Shown: one piece after another, positions 62,022 to 64,000 of the stretch
Numbering within the stretch: the first letter of the stretch is position 1
Layout of the letters: every line of letters begins with the position of its first letter
Source of the DNA: Arcobacteraceae bacterium
GTDB lineage: Bacteria > Campylobacterota > Campylobacteria > Campylobacterales > Arcobacteraceae
Direction of reading: 5' to 3'
Assembly: GCA_963662945.1 (NCBI GenBank)
Contig: OY759974.1
Location: 1,024,001-1,088,000, forward strand
Length of the DNA: 64,000 nt
Notes under the pieces: generated by a model
Database searches by the model: none
What the model was told of the DNA's origin: nothing
The model's input: the letters and a program-made list of their open reading frames with translations, nothing else
Made by a program: the position numbers and the translations under genes

Positions 62022-62729
62022 TTAAAGAACTTTAAAAGCTTCTTCTAAATCCAAAGTTCCTTCATAAAATGCTTTTCCAACAATTACACCAGCAATATTT
62101 CCATTTGCTTTACATGATGTAATATCGTTGATATCTTTCACTCCACCTGATGCTATTGTATCAACTCCACTAGCTTTTGCAATTGATTCTGTAAACTCTA
62201 CATTTACACCACAAAGCATCCCATCTTTAGAAATATCAGTACAAATAATGGCTTCTACTCCCGCATTTGCAAATTCACGTGCAAGATCTGTTGCTTTCAT
62301 TGTAGATACTTCTGCCCAACCCTCAACTGCAACCATTCCATTCATAGCATCAATACCAACAGCAATTGGATATTTAGCTGCCATATCTTTTACAAACTGT
62401 GGATTTTTTACAGCGATACTTCCAAGAATCAGTCTATCAACACCAAGTTCCACATACATCTTGATAGTCTCTTCATCTCGAATACCACCACCAAGTTCAA
62501 TTTTTAGATTACAGTTTTCTCGTATTTTTTTAATCTGCTCTAAATTTGCTGGCTCCCCTGCAAAAGCACCATTTAAATCAACAATATGAAGCCACTTACT
62601 TCCAAGTTCTTCAAATCGCTTCGCAACCTGCCAAGGCTCATCACTATAAATCTTTGCACTTTCCATAAGTCCTTTACTAAGTCTTACAGCTTTCCCATCT
62701 TTTAAATCTATTGCTGGTAGTATATCCAT
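62022..62729 (-). CDS. hisA: ProFAR isomerase
   Basis: [42 protein letters not shown]. Confidence 0.97.
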   Translation of the reverse strand: MDILPAIDLKDGKAVRLSKGLMESAKIYSDEPWQVAKRFEELGSKWLHIVDLNGAFAGEPANLEQIKKIRENCNLKIELGGGIRDEETIKMYVELGVDRLILGSIAVKNPQFVKDMAAKYPIAVGIDAMNGMVAVEGWAEVSTMKATDLAREFANAGVEAIICTDISKDGMLCGVNVEFTESIAKASGVDTIASGGVKDINDITSCKANGNIAGVIVGKAFYEGTLDLEEAFKVL

Positions 62730-62748
62730 CATTTCCTCTTTAGTATTT

Positions 62749-63357
62749 TTATAATTTCATAAAGTTTTTTAGTATTTGAATCCCATTATCATGAGATTTT
62801 TCTGGATGTGGTTGAAATCCATAAATATTATCCTTTTGTACTGCACTTACAAAATCATATCCATAGTGTGTAGTTCCTATAACATACTTCTCATCACAAA
62901 CAGCATGAAAAGAGTGTACAAAATATAAATATGGATTTTCTAATCCTTCAAAAAGTTTGTTTGGTTTATTGAATATTTTATTCCATCCTACATGTGGTAC
63001 TTTATGGTCATCCATATCCATTCTTGATTTATCAAATGCCACTACACGCCCAGGAATCAATCCTAAACCCTCAGTATTTCCAAACTCTTCACTGCTATCA
63101 AATAAAAGTTGCATACCTAAACAAATACCAATAATTGGTTTTCCACTTTTAGCAAACTCTTTTACAGCATCATACATACCTGTTGCTTTTAAATGTTCTA
63201 TTGCATCACCAAATGCTCCAACACCAGGAAGTATAACCCTATTAAAATCTTTTAATTTCGCTGGATCTTTTACAATTGTAGCATCGGCATCTATTAACCT
63301 ACATGCATTAAATACACTTGCTAAATTTCCCATATTATAATCAACTATTGCAACCAA
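62749..63357 (-). CDS. hisH: Imidazole glycerol phosphate synthase glutaminase subunit
   Basis: [38 protein letters not shown]. Likely TTG start at 63357 after AAGG. Confidence 0.96.
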   Translation of the reverse strand: MVAIVDYNMGNLASVFNACRLIDADATIVKDPAKLKDFNRVILPGVGAFGDAIEHLKATGMYDAVKEFAKSGKPIIGICLGMQLLFDSSEEFGNTEGLGLIPGRVVAFDKSRMDMDDHKVPHVGWNKIFNKPNKLFEGLENPYLYFVHSFHAVCDEKYVIGTTHYGYDFVSAVQKDNIYGFQPHPEKSHDNGIQILKNFMKL

Positions 63358-63549
63358 TATATCAACCTTATATTTTATTGTTGGGATTATACTATAAAAA
63401 TACATCGTATTTGGTTAAGTCAAATAAAGAAAATATATGCATAAATAACTTTAATACTTTCTTATAAATAGATTAAATTTAACTTAACTTGAAAAATTTC
63501 TGAATATTTTGTATAATTAGGTATAGAAAATTTAAAAAAGGAGGCCATC

Positions 63550-63843
63550 ATGACTATAAATTTAACACCTGCCATTCAAAACCAAATTTATATGGATAAA
63601 AAAGATGGTTATCTTATCAATATGGTTGATAAATTAACTCCTAAAGTTGATTATGAACCTAAAGAAAAAACAGCGGAGAAGGATGATGAAAAAAAATCTT
63701 ATGAGAAAAAGGAACCTTTCTTTAAAGATAGTGATTTTGGATTTAATTCATACATGACAAAAAAATCTCTTAATAAATCATTTTCAACACAAGGTTTTTT
63801 TGATACATTAGGTTCTGGTGGGAATGTAAAAAAGGCTAGTTAG
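63550..63843 (+). CDS. Small hypothetical protein
   Basis: 97-aa ORF with AGGAGG RBS and TGTATAAT -10 box at ~63510. Confidence 0.6.
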   Translation: MTINLTPAIQNQIYMDKKDGYLINMVDKLTPKVDYEPKEKTAEKDDEKKSYEKKEPFFKDSDFGFNSYMTKKSLNKSFSTQGFFDTLGSGGNVKKAS

Positions 63844-64000
63844 CAGTTTTAGCATCACTTAAAGTAAGTGCAAAGAGTACTTCACAACCATTTTTTTCTA
63901 AACATTCTTTTGCCTCTAAAATAGTAAGTCCTGTTGTAACTAAATCATCTACTAAAATAACTTGAATATTATGTTTTCCATTATAAACAAATTTTCGTTT
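63836..64000 (-). CDS. ComF-family phosphoribosyltransferase, 3' end only (truncated by window edge)
   Basis: Manual translation KRKFVYNGKHNIQVILVDDLVTTGLTILEAKECLEKNGCEVLFALTLSDAKTAN* contains the PRT motif VDDLVTTG. Confidence 0.85.
   Translation of the reverse strand, partial: KRKFVYNGKHNIQVILVDDLVTTGLTILEAKECLEKNGCEVLFALTLSDAKTAN

Noticed and set aside
2290-63340. Many short ORFs in the track that are antisense to or overlap genes (e.g. 4099-4452, 16547-16978, 26456-26896, 33564-34055, 62128-62589)
   Set aside because: They lie largely or wholly within well-supported genes, lack recognisable motifs and look like reverse-complement shadows

Overview
AT-rich bacterial chromosomal window from a Campylobacterota genome, probably Arcobacteraceae (inferred from gene order and protein style, not from a database search). 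Most of it is housekeeping: tsaD, aat, pheST-aroA-ispH-rpsA-serA-efp, xseA, ubiE/menG, mfd, addAB, hemH, gmk, tsf-rpsB with a t44-type leader, and hisAH. It also has two chemosensory/signalling clusters and a large respiratory neighbourhood (cbb3 oxidase ccoNOQP plus ccoI/ccoS/ccoH-like genes, cytochrome bd, c553-type cytochromes). I saw no tRNA, rRNA, CRISPR array, transposase, integrase or phage gene. The most notable items are: (1) a ~6.7 kb block splitting the cco-addB gene string, containing a DUF134-NifX regulator, DUF4492-cydAB, two NifX-like proteins, an MqnK/MenK-like radical SAM enzyme and a TauE transporter, with paired ACATATGT palindromes over a consensus promoter; (2) a four-gene envelope operon with three FlgO-domain paralogues around a secreted protein; (3) a triheme cytochrome made of three tandem c553 copies; (4) an StbB/ParA-like ATPase paired with a tail-anchored protein; (5) a 30-aa membrane ORF missed by the ORF track. 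All family assignments come from motif recognition by eye.
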